64,000 nt of DNA from an uncultured Bacteroidales bacterium. Lineage in GTDB: Bacteria; Bacteroidota; Bacteroidia; Bacteroidales; VadinHA17. Below are positions 29,249-42,190 of the stretch, piece by piece (position 1 is the stretch's first letter; the number at the start of each line of letters is the position of its first letter). The stretch spans positions 269,697-333,696 of the forward strand of contig CAWBQN010000018.1 in NCBI GenBank assembly GCA_963791065.1. Reading direction: 5' to 3'. A program made the position numbers and the translations under genes. The notes beneath the pieces were generated by a model. That model was not told the DNA's origin. It made no database searches and saw only the letters and a program-made list of their open reading frames with translations.

Positions 29249-29327
29249 AGTCTGAATGAATGAAAATTTGATATTTATGGTTGCTTAGAGCTAAGTTATG
29301 AAATTTATCGGTTGAATAGTAAAAAAT

Positions 29328-29396
29328 GGCGTCAGTTGTCATGCGTCGGGCGTCAGGAAATCACCGCGCACCGCATGTCACCTACCGCACACCGTA
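29328..29396. repeat. Two adjacent heptamer arrays (GGCGTCA-like x4; CACCGCA-like x4)
   Basis: ggcgtca gttgtca tgcgtcg ggcgtca / caccgcg caccgca ... taccgca caccgta. Confidence 0.75.
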
Positions 29397-29397
29397 T

Positions 29398-29767
29398 TTA
29401 AGGTCTGATATCAAAAAAACCGATTCCAACAACCGTCAGAGCAGCAGAAATAAGTGTTAGAATAAGCAATGTCTGTCCTGCTATTTTATAATTGAACGTC
29501 GAATATGGTTTTGATCTTTCGAATGCAGCCATCCTGAATACAGTGCGGTTAAAAAACCGAAAGTATCAGGTCATTTCGCCTGAGGTAAGTCAGACCATGT
29601 ATTTTCTCAAAAGGGAACGCAAACCATAAAAAAAATCCGACTACACTTAAAATGCTGTAAACTGCAAACACAACGATAGTCATGAAAGCAAATTTTCTCA
29701 GAAAGCTTCCATTTAGTATCTCCGGATTACCCGGCTGAATTCCATTTTCAGAAAATAATTCGCTCAT
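29398..29767 (-). CDS. Hypothetical membrane protein with frameshift near 29550
   Basis: ORF 29549-29767 continues in another frame (NRTVFRMAAF...LTVVGIGFFDIRP*) across a T run. Confidence 0.5.
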
Positions 29768-29891
29768 TTGTGTTTTGGATTTATTGTAAAGAACTAATGC
29801 TCAAGTATAAAGACTAAATAAAATCCGGACTGCTGCACCGTAAAACGCACAAAATCCGTAAAGCCTGTTATGAACACTTTTACAAATGGAC

Positions 29892-30417
29892 CTAGAATGT
29901 AATTGAAGGAGCTTTGAAGGTATTAGGATCATTGGTAAGTCCATGTTTATAATTAATTACTTCCATGGTCTTTGGTGCAATTTTAATAAGGACAAATGTG
30001 TTCTGCCAGTTCGGAATACCATTCCAGTAATCCCGTTTCATTTTAATCAGTAATTCTTTATCATCTATAACTTCTCCTATTCCTGTAATGGCAACGTAAC
30101 CTTTTGCCGAATTGTGGTTAGCATAATAAACACAAACTTTGGGATTGCTTTTTATTTCTCTTACTTTCCGGCTGGTTCTTGAAGTAGCGAACCAGGTAAT
30201 TAATTCTTCATTTGCAGGGAAGGGATTCATGGTACGTATATGAGGCTGGCCCGTGGAATCAATTGTTGCAAGAGCACAAAATGTGGTTTCCTTAATTATC
30301 TCATGTGCTGCAACGATTATTGAATCCCGGTTTAATGTTGTTTGAGCATTACCCTTTAAACAGAATACAGAATACAACCAGGCACGCCAATGTTAGAAAC
30401 GATCTTTTCTTTTTCAT
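29892..30417 (-). CDS. Pyridoxamine 5'-phosphate oxidase-like FMN-binding protein; frameshift in leader
   Basis: LATID..G.P..R.M, WF.T...SRKV.EI..NP.V; ATG at 30417 is out of frame with the main ORF 29892-30377. Confidence 0.82.
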
Positions 30418-30490
30418 ATAAATTGAAGTTAGGTTAAACGATTACATTACATATGATCTGTTAACATGATTTTACCCTATTGAATAGATA

Positions 30491-30861
<371 letters not shown>

Positions 30862-30892
30862 CTTTGTCCTCCGGAGCTTTAGCGAAGGAGGA
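30862..30892. repeat. REP-like palindrome CTTTGTCCTCCGGAGCTTTAGCGAAGGAGGA; longer copy at 30539-30608
   Basis: Both copies share the ends CTTTGTCC.CCG.AGCT and AGCGAAGG.GGA. Confidence 0.75.
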
Positions 30893-30959
30893 TTTCCTAT
30901 GTACAATGTTATTAAAAACCGGGCCGCAAAATACAAAAATAATTTTACAAACCGGCCGG

Positions 30960-31994
30960 TTATGTGATTTCTCCAGCCAATGATATTTTCAATGAATTTA
31001 CAACTTCTTCCTTTGAAGAAAATCTTCCCAGAAGGTGCATTAACTTTGTGACAGATGCCTCTGAGGTAATATCTTTTCCGCTTATTACACCGGCAGCAAG
31101 CATCTGACGGCTCGTCTCGTACAGTCCCATTTCAACACTGCCTCCCGGACACTGTGTGACATTAAATATAATTCCACCCTTATCAATATATTCTTTCAGA
31201 TCATCAATAAACCATTGATACGTCGGAGCATTACCCGAACCGAATGTTTCAATTATGAGACCTCGCAATCCTTCAGTTCTGATAACTGAAGTTACCAGTT
31301 TCCTGTTTATTCCGGGGAATAATTTCAGAATGGCGACATTTGTATCAAATACTTTATGAACAATGAGTTTCCGGTCTCCTGGAGGAGAGCTGATAAGATT
31401 ATTGAAATATTTCAAATGTAATCCCACTTCAGCCAGAGGGTGATAATTGGGCGAATTGAATGCATCGAAATGTTCAGCGCTCATTTTGGTGGTCCGGTTG
31501 CCACGGGTAAGCTTATTATCAAAAAAAACACATACCTCGGGTACAGCTGGTAATCCATTTTCTATAGCAGCTGCGATCTCAATAGCAGTTATCAGATTCT
31601 CCCTGCCGTCTGTGCGTAACAGGCCAATCGGCAACTGAGATCCGGTAAGTATGACCGGTTTTCCAAGGTTTTCAAGCATGAAACTCAGTGCTGATGCAGT
31701 ATATGCCATAGTATCAGTGCCATGCAGGATTACAAATCCGTCAAAATCGTCATAGCCTTTTTCAATGATACCAGCCAGATTAATCCATACTTCCGGATCA
31801 ATATTTGACGAGTCTTTAACCGGGTCAAACGATATCACGTGAAGTTCATACCCTGATTTCCCGAGCTCGGGCACATGATCTGTCAGATTCCTGAAATCAA
31901 TTGGTACAAGCGAGCCGCTTTCCGGATCGTGAACCATTCCAATCGTTCCTCCGGTATAAATTATAAGTATGGAGATCTCTTCTTTATTTTTCAT
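30960..31994 (-). CDS. ansA: L-asparaginase type I
   Basis: YTGGTIGM, DSS, HGTDTM, LTGSQ, GNR. Confidence 0.95.
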   Translation of the reverse strand: MKNKEEISILIIYTGGTIGMVHDPESGSLVPIDFRNLTDHVPELGKSGYELHVISFDPVKDSSNIDPEVWINLAGIIEKGYDDFDGFVILHGTDTMAYTASALSFMLENLGKPVILTGSQLPIGLLRTDGRENLITAIEIAAAIENGLPAVPEVCVFFDNKLTRGNRTTKMSAEHFDAFNSPNYHPLAEVGLHLKYFNNLISSPPGDRKLIVHKVFDTNVAILKLFPGINRKLVTSVIRTEGLRGLIIETFGSGNAPTYQWFIDDLKEYIDKGGIIFNVTQCPGGSVEMGLYETSRQMLAAGVISGKDITSEASVTKLMHLLGRFSSKEEVVNSLKISLAGEIT

Positions 31995-32002
31995 TCCTTC
32001 TT

Positions 32003-32769
32003 CTACAAATTAAATAGACTGACTGAATTGGAATAAGTTATAGATGCTATTTCTTCTTCTTTTATTCCAAAAATATCTGACAGTTTTTTATTTATAATGC
32101 AAATATAAGAACTCTCATTTCTTTTTCCCCTGTATGGTACTGGAGCAAGGTATGGAGAATCGGTCTCAAGAATTAGGTTATCGGGTCCAATCTCCTTTAC
32201 AATTTTATCAAGCCCCGAATTCTTAAATGTCACAATTCCTCCGATCCCGAGTTTAAATCCCAGATCAAGAACTCTCACTGCGTCTTTAACTGTGCCTGAA
32301 AAAGCATGAAAAACTCCTTTTAAAGGCTTGCCCTTAAATTCATCCAGGACTGAAAAAATCTCATTAAATGCATCCCTTGAGTGGATCACAACCGGTAATC
32401 CTTTATCAGAGGCAAACGCAACCTGTCTCCTGAATGATATCAGCTGTTCCTTCAGAAAAGTTTTGTCCCAGTACAGATCAATCCCAATCTCACCAACAGC
32501 AACAAATTTTTGTTTTGTTAAAAGATCCTCAAGTTTTTCCAGCTGTGAGGAATAATTCTCTTTTACCGACGTGGGATGAAGGCCTATCATTGGATAACAG
32601 GTGCCAGGATATCTGACCACTGCAGCAAGCATCTGATCAACAGAACTTAGATCAATGTTTGGAAGCAGCATTTTAGAAACACCACTGCAAACAGCTCTGT
32701 TTACCACTTCATCCCTGTCGGCATCGAACTCCGGAAGATAAATATGTGTATGAGTATCAATTAACTGCA

Positions 32770-32770
<1 letters not shown>
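32003..32770 (-). CDS. tatD: TatD-family DNase
   Basis: IDTHTH, GLHP, GEIG.D, IHSR, FHAF, LETDSPYLAP. Confidence 0.93.
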
Positions 32771-34128
<1,358 letters not shown>

Positions 34129-34342
34129 TTAAAAAAGGTCAATTGGAGGGATAAAAATATAAAAACAAAGCCACAAATTATATTGTTTGCTCATTAATCT
34201 GGCTGAGAATATTTGAAAGGCTGAAAAAGACGAAATCCATTAACCTAAGTTATTACTTTAGGCACTTTGCTCTTCTTCTTTTTTCCCTCCCTTTAGGGGC
34301 TAATCTCTCGTCACATTTCAATTTAAGTCCGATGCAGAAAGA

Positions 34343-34555
34343 GAGAAGGAGATCCCTCGCTGGCGCTCGGGATGACCGGTATGTAGTTGATTAGCAGGAG
34401 GAAGAAACGGCGATTCGCGAGTGAAATACTTCATGAATAAAATGTCGCTGCGAATCGCCGTTTCTTCCTCCTATGTCCCACAAAATAACCTGTCATCCCG
34501 AATTCCGACAAATCGGAGCTTGCGGAGGTTTGGAGGAATGAGGGATCTCCTTCTC
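34343..34555. repeat. 213-bp nested palindromic (REPIN/MITE-like) element
   Basis: 16-bp perfect terminal IR GAGAAGGAGATCCCTC, inner CGGGATGAC/GTCATCCCG pair, central 23-bp perfect IR 34396-34418/34450-34472. Confidence 0.88.
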
Positions 34556-34643
34556 ATAGCTGGGATGTAATAAAAAAGATGTGATGTAAGATTAGGTTTA
34601 GGGGGTGGGGGGCAGGCAAGACAGAGAGTCTGATAGGTTAACC

Positions 34644-35751
34644 TTATACCGTCCTGTACAGATTTCCCGGCGAACATTTCAGTAGTCCCTTGAACTCCAT
34701 CTGCAGGAGGAGGGAGGATAATTTATATACAGGAATCTCAATGGACCTGCAAATAGTATCAATTGTCTGTTCTCCCTCCTTCGATAGTAATTCAAAGACC
34801 TTTTTTTCAGTCTCATCAAGGTCGGAAAAAAGTGTTCTCTGCACAACCTGTTTTGATTTTTCAGGTTTCCAGTTAAGGAAATATTCAATATCATCTGAGC
34901 ATTCAGTTAGAAATGCCTTGTTGTTTTTGATCAGATTGTTGCAGCCGGCTGACCATTGGTCATCGGGTCTCCCAGGCACTGCGAAAACGTCACGGTTATA
35001 CGAGTTGGCAATATCTGCAGTTATCAGTGCTCCTCCTTTTATTCCAGACTCGATTACCAGGGTCGCATCTGACAGTCCTGCAATTATCCGGTTTCTCTTA
35101 AGGAAATTATTTCTTTCCGGGAGCGCATCTGAAAGGAAATCAGTAAGCAGACCTCCGTTGTTTACCATTGTCTTTGCTGTTGTGGCATGAATAGCAGGGT
35201 AAGTTGTTTTAAAGCCATGCGCCAGTACCCCGATTGTCGGCAGGTTATTTGCCAGCGCTGCCTTATGGGATGCTATATCAATTCCGTATGCCAGGCCACT
35301 GACAATAATCAGATCGGGGTGATCTGCAGCAAGTCCTTCAATAATCTTTTCACACACTTCCCTCCCCCTGACAGTGGCATTGCGAGTACCAACGACACTC
35401 AGGATCCTGGAAGCATCGAGATTACAGTTACCCTTAAAGAAAAAAACTACCGGCGAATCATCACACTGTCTGAGTCTGAAAGGGTAATCATTATCAAGAT
35501 AAAAATAAGTCCTGATATTGTTCCTGCTGACGTATTCCGCCTCTTTTTCTGCTGTATATAAGATAGGACCTGTCACTGATATATTTTGCAATGCCTGAAC
35601 CTATCCCTGGTATTTTTATCAGGTTGCCGTATGGCTCATGGAATATAGCTTCAACACTGCCAAAATGTGATACCAGTTTTCGGGCATTAATATCGCCGAT
35701 ACGTGGAATGAGACCTAAAGCAATTTTATGCTTAAGCGGCACCTCTGTCAT
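34644..35751 (-). CDS. dprA: DNA-processing protein DprA (frameshift near 35560)
   Basis: N-terminal GLIPRIGDINAR; YP..L, VGTR, VSGLAYGID, RNRIIAGL, ES..KGGALITA, AVPG. Confidence 0.92.
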
Positions 35752-35781
35752 TGCACGAAGAATTGAGACAAGTAAAGATAA

Positions 35782-35811
35782 AAAAAAGAGCTGGTTAACC
35801 AGCTCTTTTTT
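35782..35811. terminator. Bidirectional intrinsic terminator after the second gdh
   Basis: AAAAAAGAGCTGG-TTAA-CCAGCTCTTTTTT. Confidence 0.85.
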
Positions 35812-35840
35812 ATTTGAAAAAACCTAAAATAAACTATAAT

Positions 35841-37178
35841 CTAGATCACGCCCATATCGAGCATTGAATTGGCAACTTTCAGGAAACCGGCAATATTGGC
35901 TCCTTTGACATAATCAACATAGCCGTCTTCCCTTTTTCCATGCTTAACACACTGCCCATGTATATTGCACATAATTTCATGTAGCCGGCCATCAACTTCC
36001 TGTGTGTTCCAGCGTAATTTCATTGAGTTTTGAGTCATCTCCAGGCCCGAAGTGGCTACACCACCTGCATTGGAGGCTTTACCTGGTGAAAAGAGCAAAC
36101 CTTTTTTCTGTATAATCTCTACTGCTTCAGGAGTACTGGGCATATTGGCGCCTTCACAGATACAGATGCAACCGTTGCTTATGAGTTTTTCTGCGTCTTC
36201 AGCAGTCAGCTCGTTTTGTGTAGCACAAGGGAGGGCAATATCAACCTTTACTTCCCAGGGGTGCTTGCCTTCATGAAATTCAACGCCTTCAAATTCGTAC
36301 GAATATGGTTTAACTATATCCTCATTTGAAGCACGAAGTTCAAGCATATAGTCAATTTTTTTTCCGGAAATTCCTTCCGCATCATACACATAGCCATCAG
36401 GACCTGAGATAGTGACAACTTTCCCGCCAAGTTCTGTTGCTTTAAGTGCCGCACCCCAGGCAACATTTCCAAAACCGCTGATCGCTACCCGTTTTCCTTT
36501 GAATGATTCGCCTTTTGTAGCGAGCATCTCTTTAGCGAAATAGACACAGCCGAAACCTGTTGCTTCAGGTCTTACCAGTGAACCTCCCCAGTTGCTCCCT
36601 TTCCCTGTCAGAACACCTGTATGTTCGCCTGAAAGTCTTTTATACATTCCGTAAAGGAAGCCAATCTCGCGTCCCCCAACTCCAATGTCACCTGCCGGTA
36701 CATCGATTTCAGCTCCAATATACTTCCAAAGCTCTAGCATGAATGACTGGCAGAAACGCATCACCTCAGCATTAGATTTCCCTTTTGGATCAAAATCAGA
36801 ACCGCCTTTTCCACCACCCATTGGAAGTGTTGTAAGTGCATTCTTGAATATCTGTTCAAATCCCAGGAACTTCAGGATTGAAAGGTTAACGCTCGGGTGA
36901 AAGCGCAGGCCCCCTTTATAAGGACCAATAGCATTATTATACTGGATACGGTATCCAAGGTTTACCTTAACATTTCCTTCATCATCAACCCATGGAACTT
37001 TAAAGGTAATAATGCGGTCAGGTTCAATAATTCGCTCTATTATGTTGGCGGATTCAAATTGAGGATTTTCGTTATAAACCTCTTCTATTGATTCCAGTAC
37101 CTCTCTTACTGCCTGTAAATACTCTACCTCGCCGGGATGTTTTTTCTCGAGGTTATTCATGATTTTATCTACATTCAT
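35841..37178 (-). CDS. gdhB: Glutamate dehydrogenase, NAD-type (Bacteroides GdhB-like)
   Basis: GDH core motifs; GFGNVAWG and SGPDG fingerprint. Confidence 0.82.
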   Translation of the reverse strand: MNVDKIMNNLEKKHPGEVEYLQAVREVLESIEEVYNENPQFESANIIERIIEPDRIITFKVPWVDDEGNVKVNLGYRIQYNNAIGPYKGGLRFHPSVNLSILKFLGFEQIFKNALTTLPMGGGKGGSDFDPKGKSNAEVMRFCQSFMLELWKYIGAEIDVPAGDIGVGGREIGFLYGMYKRLSGEHTGVLTGKGSNWGGSLVRPEATGFGCVYFAKEMLATKGESFKGKRVAISGFGNVAWGAALKATELGGKVVTISGPDGYVYDAEGISGKKIDYMLELRASNEDIVKPYSYEFEGVEFHEGKHPWEVKVDIALPCATQNELTAEDAEKLISNGCICICEGANMPSTPEAVEIIQKKGLLFSPGKASNAGGVATSGLEMTQNSMKLRWNTQEVDGRLHEIMCNIHGQCVKHGKREDGYVDYVKGANIAGFLKVANSMLDMGVI

Positions 37179-37283
37179 TATTTTAGTTTTTAATTATATT
37201 TCAGTCTATAAACAGGTGGGGCAAATTTGATATTGTTTAACGTCATTAAAAATGATAAATCTCATGTTATCAGATGATAACCT

Positions 37284-37766
37284 TCACGCGGTCGGAGAAT
37301 ACGATTTCAGGGTCATCAAAACTTTAGCTTTCTCTTCTTTCGACAGAGCGCTAATGTAAACAGGCGGATATTTTGCCACTCCTTCATTAAACCTCTGAAA
37401 CAGGGTAATACTTTGAATCAGTCCAAAAAATCGTGATTCGATCTTATAACCTGAGAATGTCCTTTTATTAATCTCAACCGAATTCTTCTTGCCGCTGATT
37501 AGTCCTGTACTGAAATAGCGGAAGATAATTTTTTCACCTTCATCGGAAAAAAATATAAATTGATAATTTAGAAACATTGGCGTAAATGTGAGCACGAACC
37601 AGATGAAAACGAGTATGAGTGTCACCACCGTATCGCTCATGCCGAGTAGCGGGAACTTAATCAGTCTGGCTACGTAGGTCAGGGCTATGTAAGCCAGCAA
37701 AAGAATCGTTGCCAGAAAGAATGCAATTCTCAGATTAATGATTGTCTTGCTGTTATCAAATGTCAT
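37284..37766 (-). CDS. Hypothetical two-TM membrane protein
   Basis: Two TM helices and a soluble tail with YPPVYISAL. Confidence 0.65.
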   Translation of the reverse strand: MTFDNSKTIINLRIAFFLATILLLAYIALTYVARLIKFPLLGMSDTVVTLILVFIWFVLTFTPMFLNYQFIFFSDEGEKIIFRYFSTGLISGKKNSVEINKRTFSGYKIESRFFGLIQSITLFQRFNEGVAKYPPVYISALSKEEKAKVLMTLKSYSPTA

Positions 37767-37815
37767 GTTAATATATTTTAGATAAAATTAATGTTTTTTA
37801 TTGACTATAAAAATG

Positions 37816-37870
37816 AAATCCATTAACCGCAAGGATCACAAAGTACCCCACCAGGGAACACAAAGAAAAA
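37816..37870 (-). repeat. Degenerate inverted family B repeat
   Basis: aaatccattaaccgcaa...cacaaag...caaagaaaaa aligns with the reverse complement of 6976-7029. Confidence 0.75.
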
Positions 37871-37932
37871 ATTAATGTGGTCCGGGCACCCCTCCTTCAA
37901 AACTAATCTTTATACACATCTTTTCAAACGTA

Positions 37933-38058
37933 GAGATCCCTCGCTCATCCACCATGCATCCTTCCCCTAGTACACCCCAAAAACCTGTCATCCCGAACGA
38001 ATCCACCCTCAATACTTTTCGTAAGCTATGGGTTTGAGGTGGATGAGTGAGGGATCTC
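37933..38058. repeat. REP-like palindromic element of the 34343-34555 family
   Basis: GAGATCCCTCGCTCATCCACC / GGTGGATGAGTGAGGGATCTC (20/21 IR), with internal CCTGTCATCCCGAA. Confidence 0.82.
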
Positions 38059-38222
38059 CCAGAAATAAACAGATCTCTTACTGGTTATGATTTTTTGTTG
38101 TACAGCTCATGAAAGAGTTACCTGTCAATCAAATTTTATGTAATTTTGATACACTGACTGAAGTGTGTTTTTATGACGTCTATGCTCCTGGGGGTTAGTC
38201 CATAAAATGATCTAAACCGATA

Positions 38223-38663
38223 TTATCTTTTGTTTTTAAAAAACTTCAATAATAGCTCCCTGCATTCTTTCTCCCGTACACCCGATTCCACAATGGTTTT
38301 AGGATGAAGCAATGAGTCTGATATTGTATTATAACCTTTATTGTCATCCGCAGCTCCATAGACAAGACCTGACGCCTGGCTCCAACCAATGGCCGCAGCA
38401 CACATGGCACATGGTTCGAGAGTTACGAATATGGTACAACCTGTGAGATATTTTCCACCCAGAAAGTTTGCGGCTGCCGTTATAGCCTGCATTTCTGCAT
38501 GCGCCGTCGGATCCTTCAGAGTTTCAGTAAGATTATAAGCCCTGGCTATAATAACATTATTGCATACAACAACTGCACCGACAGGAACTTCCAGTTTGTC
38601 AAAAGCTTTATTTGCTTCGGCTAGAGCAGCTTTCATGTATTTTTGCTTATCTGAGGGATCCAT
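38223..38663 (-). CDS. tadA: tRNA-specific adenosine deaminase
   Basis: EVPVGAV, TAHAE, TLEPCAMC. Confidence 0.9.
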   Translation of the reverse strand: MDPSDKQKYMKAALAEANKAFDKLEVPVGAVVVCNNVIIARAYNLTETLKDPTAHAEMQAITAAANFLGGKYLTGCTIFVTLEPCAMCAAAIGWSQASGLVYGAADDNKGYNTISDSLLHPKTIVESGVREKECRELLLKFFKNKR

Positions 38664-38767
38664 TCCTGAAGATTCTGAACCTTAAAAGTATAAAGATTAA
38701 TGGATTTAGGAACCTCTTTTCAAACTGATAATTTTCTTACTTTTGCTGAAACCCAAAAAATAAGGAA

Positions 38768-40538
38768 ATGTACAGGACAAATACATGTGGCGAGCTAAGC
38801 ATGACGAATACCGGACAGGATGTTGTTTTATGCGGCTGGGTTCAAAAATCACGGGATCTCGGAGGCATGACTTTTGTTGATCTTCGCGACAGGTATGGAA
38901 TAACCCAGCTGGTCTTTAATATGGAGACCAACAGTGAGCTTTGTGAAAAAGCGCGTAAGATTGGACGTGAGTTTGTGGTGCAGGTTAAAGGCAAGGTCAG
39001 AGAACGTAGTAACAAAAACCTGAAAATGACAACAGGTGAAATCGAAATAGATGTTACTGAGTTTAATATTCTTAACAGGAGTGAGATACCTCCATTTACA
39101 ATTGAAGACGAAACTGATGGCGGTGAGGAGCTGAGAATGAAATACCGGTACCTCGACCTTCGTCGATCCACAGTCAAAAATAATATTTTGCTTCGGCACC
39201 GGGTATCACAGGAGGTCCGTAAGTACATGGACTCTATCGGTTTTATTGAAGTCGAGACTCCGGTACTTATCAAATCAACACCTGAAGGAGCACGTGATTT
39301 TGTAGTCCCCTCAAGAATGCAGCCAGGGACCTTTTATGCTCTGCCTCAATCACCGCAGACTTTAAAACAGCTGCTGATGGTTGCAGGGTTTGATAAATAT
39401 TTTCAGATTGTCAGGTGTTTCAGAGACGAAGATCTGAGAGCTGACAGACAGCCTGAGTTTTCACAGATCGACTGTGAGATGTCGTTTGTTGAGAGAAATG
39501 ATATACTTGATACCTTTGAAGGTCTCGCAAAGTTCCTTTTCAGACAGGTCAGAGGTATTGAATTCGGAGAACCATTTCTCAGGCTTCCATATCGGGAAGC
39601 GATGGAGTTTTATGGGTCGGATAAACCTGATCTACGTTTCGGAATGAGATTTACTGATTTGTCGGAAACGGTCAAAGGGAAATGGTTTTGCTGCCTTTGA
39701 CAATTCTGAATACATAGGCGGATTCTGCGCTGAAAATTGTTCAGATTATACAAGAAAACAGCTCGATGAACTGACCGAATTCGTAAAAAGGCCACAGATA
39801 GGAGCAAAGGGACTCATCTATCTCAGATATAATTCAGATGGAACTTTAAAATCATCAGTCGACAAGTTTTATACCACTGCGGATCTGAAAAAATGGACGG
39901 ATAAAATGAATGCACGCCCCGGCGATCTGATCCTCATATTGGCAGGCGAGAAAAAGATTACCAGGGCAGCACTTTCCGAGCTGAGACTTGAAATGGGAAA
40001 CAGATTGGGATTAAGGACCAAGGATAAGTTCTTTCCTTTATGGGTCGTGGATTTTCCGCTTCTGGAATGGGATGATGAATCGAATAGATTTTATGCGATG
40101 CATCATCCGTTCACATCACCGGTACCTGAAGATCTTCCACTTATGGAAACAGATCCGGGAAAAGTAAGAGCAAACGCATATGATCTCGTGATAAACGGGG
40201 TCGAAATAGGAGGCGGCTCAATCAGGATTCATGATGCCACAGTTCAGAAATTAATGTTTAAAGTCCTTGGATTCAGCGATGAAGAGGCAACTGAGCAGTT
40301 CGGATTCCTGCTCAATGCTTTCAAATTCGGTGCTCCTCCACATGGTGGAATTGCCTTTGGATTCGACAGGTGGGTTGCGATGTTCGGAGGGCAGGACTCA
40401 ATCCGCGATTTCATAGCTTTCCCAAAAAATAATTCGGGACGCGATGTTATGCTGGAAACTCCCGCTCCTATTTCTGATAAACAGTTAGATGAACTTCAAC
40501 TTATAATTGGCAACAAAAGATCAGAAAAAAAACTTTAG
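38768..40538 (+). CDS. aspS: Aspartyl-tRNA synthetase (+1 frameshift near 39680, likely sequencing error)
   Basis: [62 protein letters not shown]. Confidence 0.96.
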
Positions 40539-41236
40539 TTATCCTGAAGCTTTGTTTTTATAATGATCACTCCTCCATTTGCACGGCTGCCATAAATAGA
40601 GCCTGATGCGCCCTTAAGGATCTCTATTGATTTAACTGTAGTTGGTGGAATATCAGGAAGGTGATCCAAATATACACCATCCAATACTACAAGCGGATAT
40701 ACATATCCGTTTAAATTGCTGGATCCCTGGATAACAAGGTCGCTCCCATAAATCTGTACTCCTGAAACCTCTCTCTGTATCATTTCGGTAAGAGACGTGT
40801 AGGTAGAATATTTTTTATCGGTTCCGTCAATTTTATTAATATTGGTTGTCAGGTTTTTCTTTTTAACAGTACCATAACCGGTATTGACTGCCTGCTCCCT
40901 GTCACTCAGGTTTGGATTGAGTTGTTGCGATATAATAGTGGTGGAATTAAAATTAATATGGGTCCTCCCGTTAATGGAGGTCTCATAAGTACCATTGCCA
41001 GTGGTGAATACTCCGATCGTTGATGCATCAGGATTAACCCTGATCTTATATTTTCCTCTGGAATTGGTGAGGGAACCGGTCTTCTGGCCGTCAATCATGA
41101 TTATAGCATTGGCTATCGGGGAGTTGTAAATATCATACACTGTTCCGGTTATTTCTACTCGCTTGCCAGATTTTTGTGCTGATATACTGTTTATAAATAA
41201 AACAGGAATAATTAGTAAGAGAATCTTTTTCCACAT
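40535..41236 (-). CDS. Barrel-less SusC-like protein 1 (N-terminal domain + plug)
   Basis: Signal peptide, ITG.V..carboxypeptidase-regulatory-like domain, [18 protein letters not shown], ends [28 protein letters not shown]. Confidence 0.85.
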   Translation of the reverse strand: MWKKILLLIIPVLFINSISAQKSGKRVEITGTVYDIYNSPIANAIIMIDGQKTGSLTNSRGKYKIRVNPDASTIGVFTTGNGTYETSINGRTHINFNSTTIISQQLNPNLSDREQAVNTGYGTVKKKNLTTNINKIDGTDKKYSTYTSLTEMIQREVSGVQIYGSDLVIQGSSNLNGYVYPLVVLDGVYLDHLPDIPPTTVKSIEILKGASGSIYGSRANGGVIIIKTKLQDN

Positions 41237-41444
41237 AGCATTTAATTTATTAGATTAATAATCAAAATACGATGAAGATAAGAGGTTTCAACCCACTAAC
41301 AGACATACAAAGAAAAAGTTCACGACCGTAAGAAGCTTTTACAATCGTCACGAATATCCGAAAGGAAAATTCTAAAGATACATAAAAACGCTGTTCAGGC
41401 AGATCATAATTCCACCGGATGGCGAAAAGAACAAGAGAATCTTT

Positions 41445-42155
41445 TCAATCAATCTTGATCTTGGTTTTGATTACGATAGCGCCACCATACCCCCTCGATC
41501 CGTAAATTGAAGCTGCGGCACCCTTCAGTACCTCAATCGATTTAACATTGATAGGTTGAATATCAGGCAATCCCTCCATAGGGATGCCATCAACCACAAT
41601 AAGAGCAGGGACACTGCCCCATAAATCTTTAGAGTCTTGAAGTACAACTGATGAACCACTGATCTTAACACCAGGTATTTCCCTTTGTAACATATCAGAA
41701 AGAGAACGATAGGAGGCATACTTCTTATTTGTACCATCAATCTTATCCACAGTGGTTGTGAGGTTTTTCTGCTTGACTGAACCATATCCGTTGCCTACTG
41801 CCCTCCTCGCCGGTTGGAATGTTTTGATCCTGAACTTGTTGAGTTGCTGTAACTCCAAAATTAAAGTTGATCTGAGTCCTTCCGTTTATTGCCTCCTCTT
41901 TAGTGCCATGACCAAAGGCGATTATGCCAATCTTTGTGGCTGTCGGCTTTACCTTAACTTTATAATATCCTTTGGAATCGGTTAAAGAATTGGTTTTTTG
42001 ATCATCTATCATAATTATTGCATTCACGATAGGTTCACTGGAGGAATTCATTACTATACCAGTAAGTGTAATTTTTTTATTGTTTTTTTTCTGGGCATCT
42101 ACACTGGTAATACAAAGTACTGATAAAAGATTAGAGAAATTAGTCTGATTTTCAT
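41445..42155 (-). CDS. Barrel-less SusC-like protein 2 (frameshifts near 42135 and 41800)
   Basis: Pieces join into a paralog of 40535-41236; ends IEVLKGAAASIYGSRGYGGAIVIKTKIKID*. Confidence 0.8.
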
Positions 42156-42190
42156 TAGAATATGTTTATAATTAACTGAATATTTTGTTG

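Noticed and set aside
8038..30417. Classical integron or CALIN
   Set aside because: No tyrosine recombinase and no consistent RYYYAAC...GTTRRRY attC hairpins; the single GTTAGTGGCAA near 25670 belongs to another repeat module
34471..34677. 68-aa ORF after dprA
   Set aside because: Reads through the palindromic element; no protein motif
38768..40538. aspS or dprA as true pseudogenes or programmed frameshifts
   Set aside because: aspS is essential and otherwise intact; similar indels occur across the window and no slippery-site signal was seen
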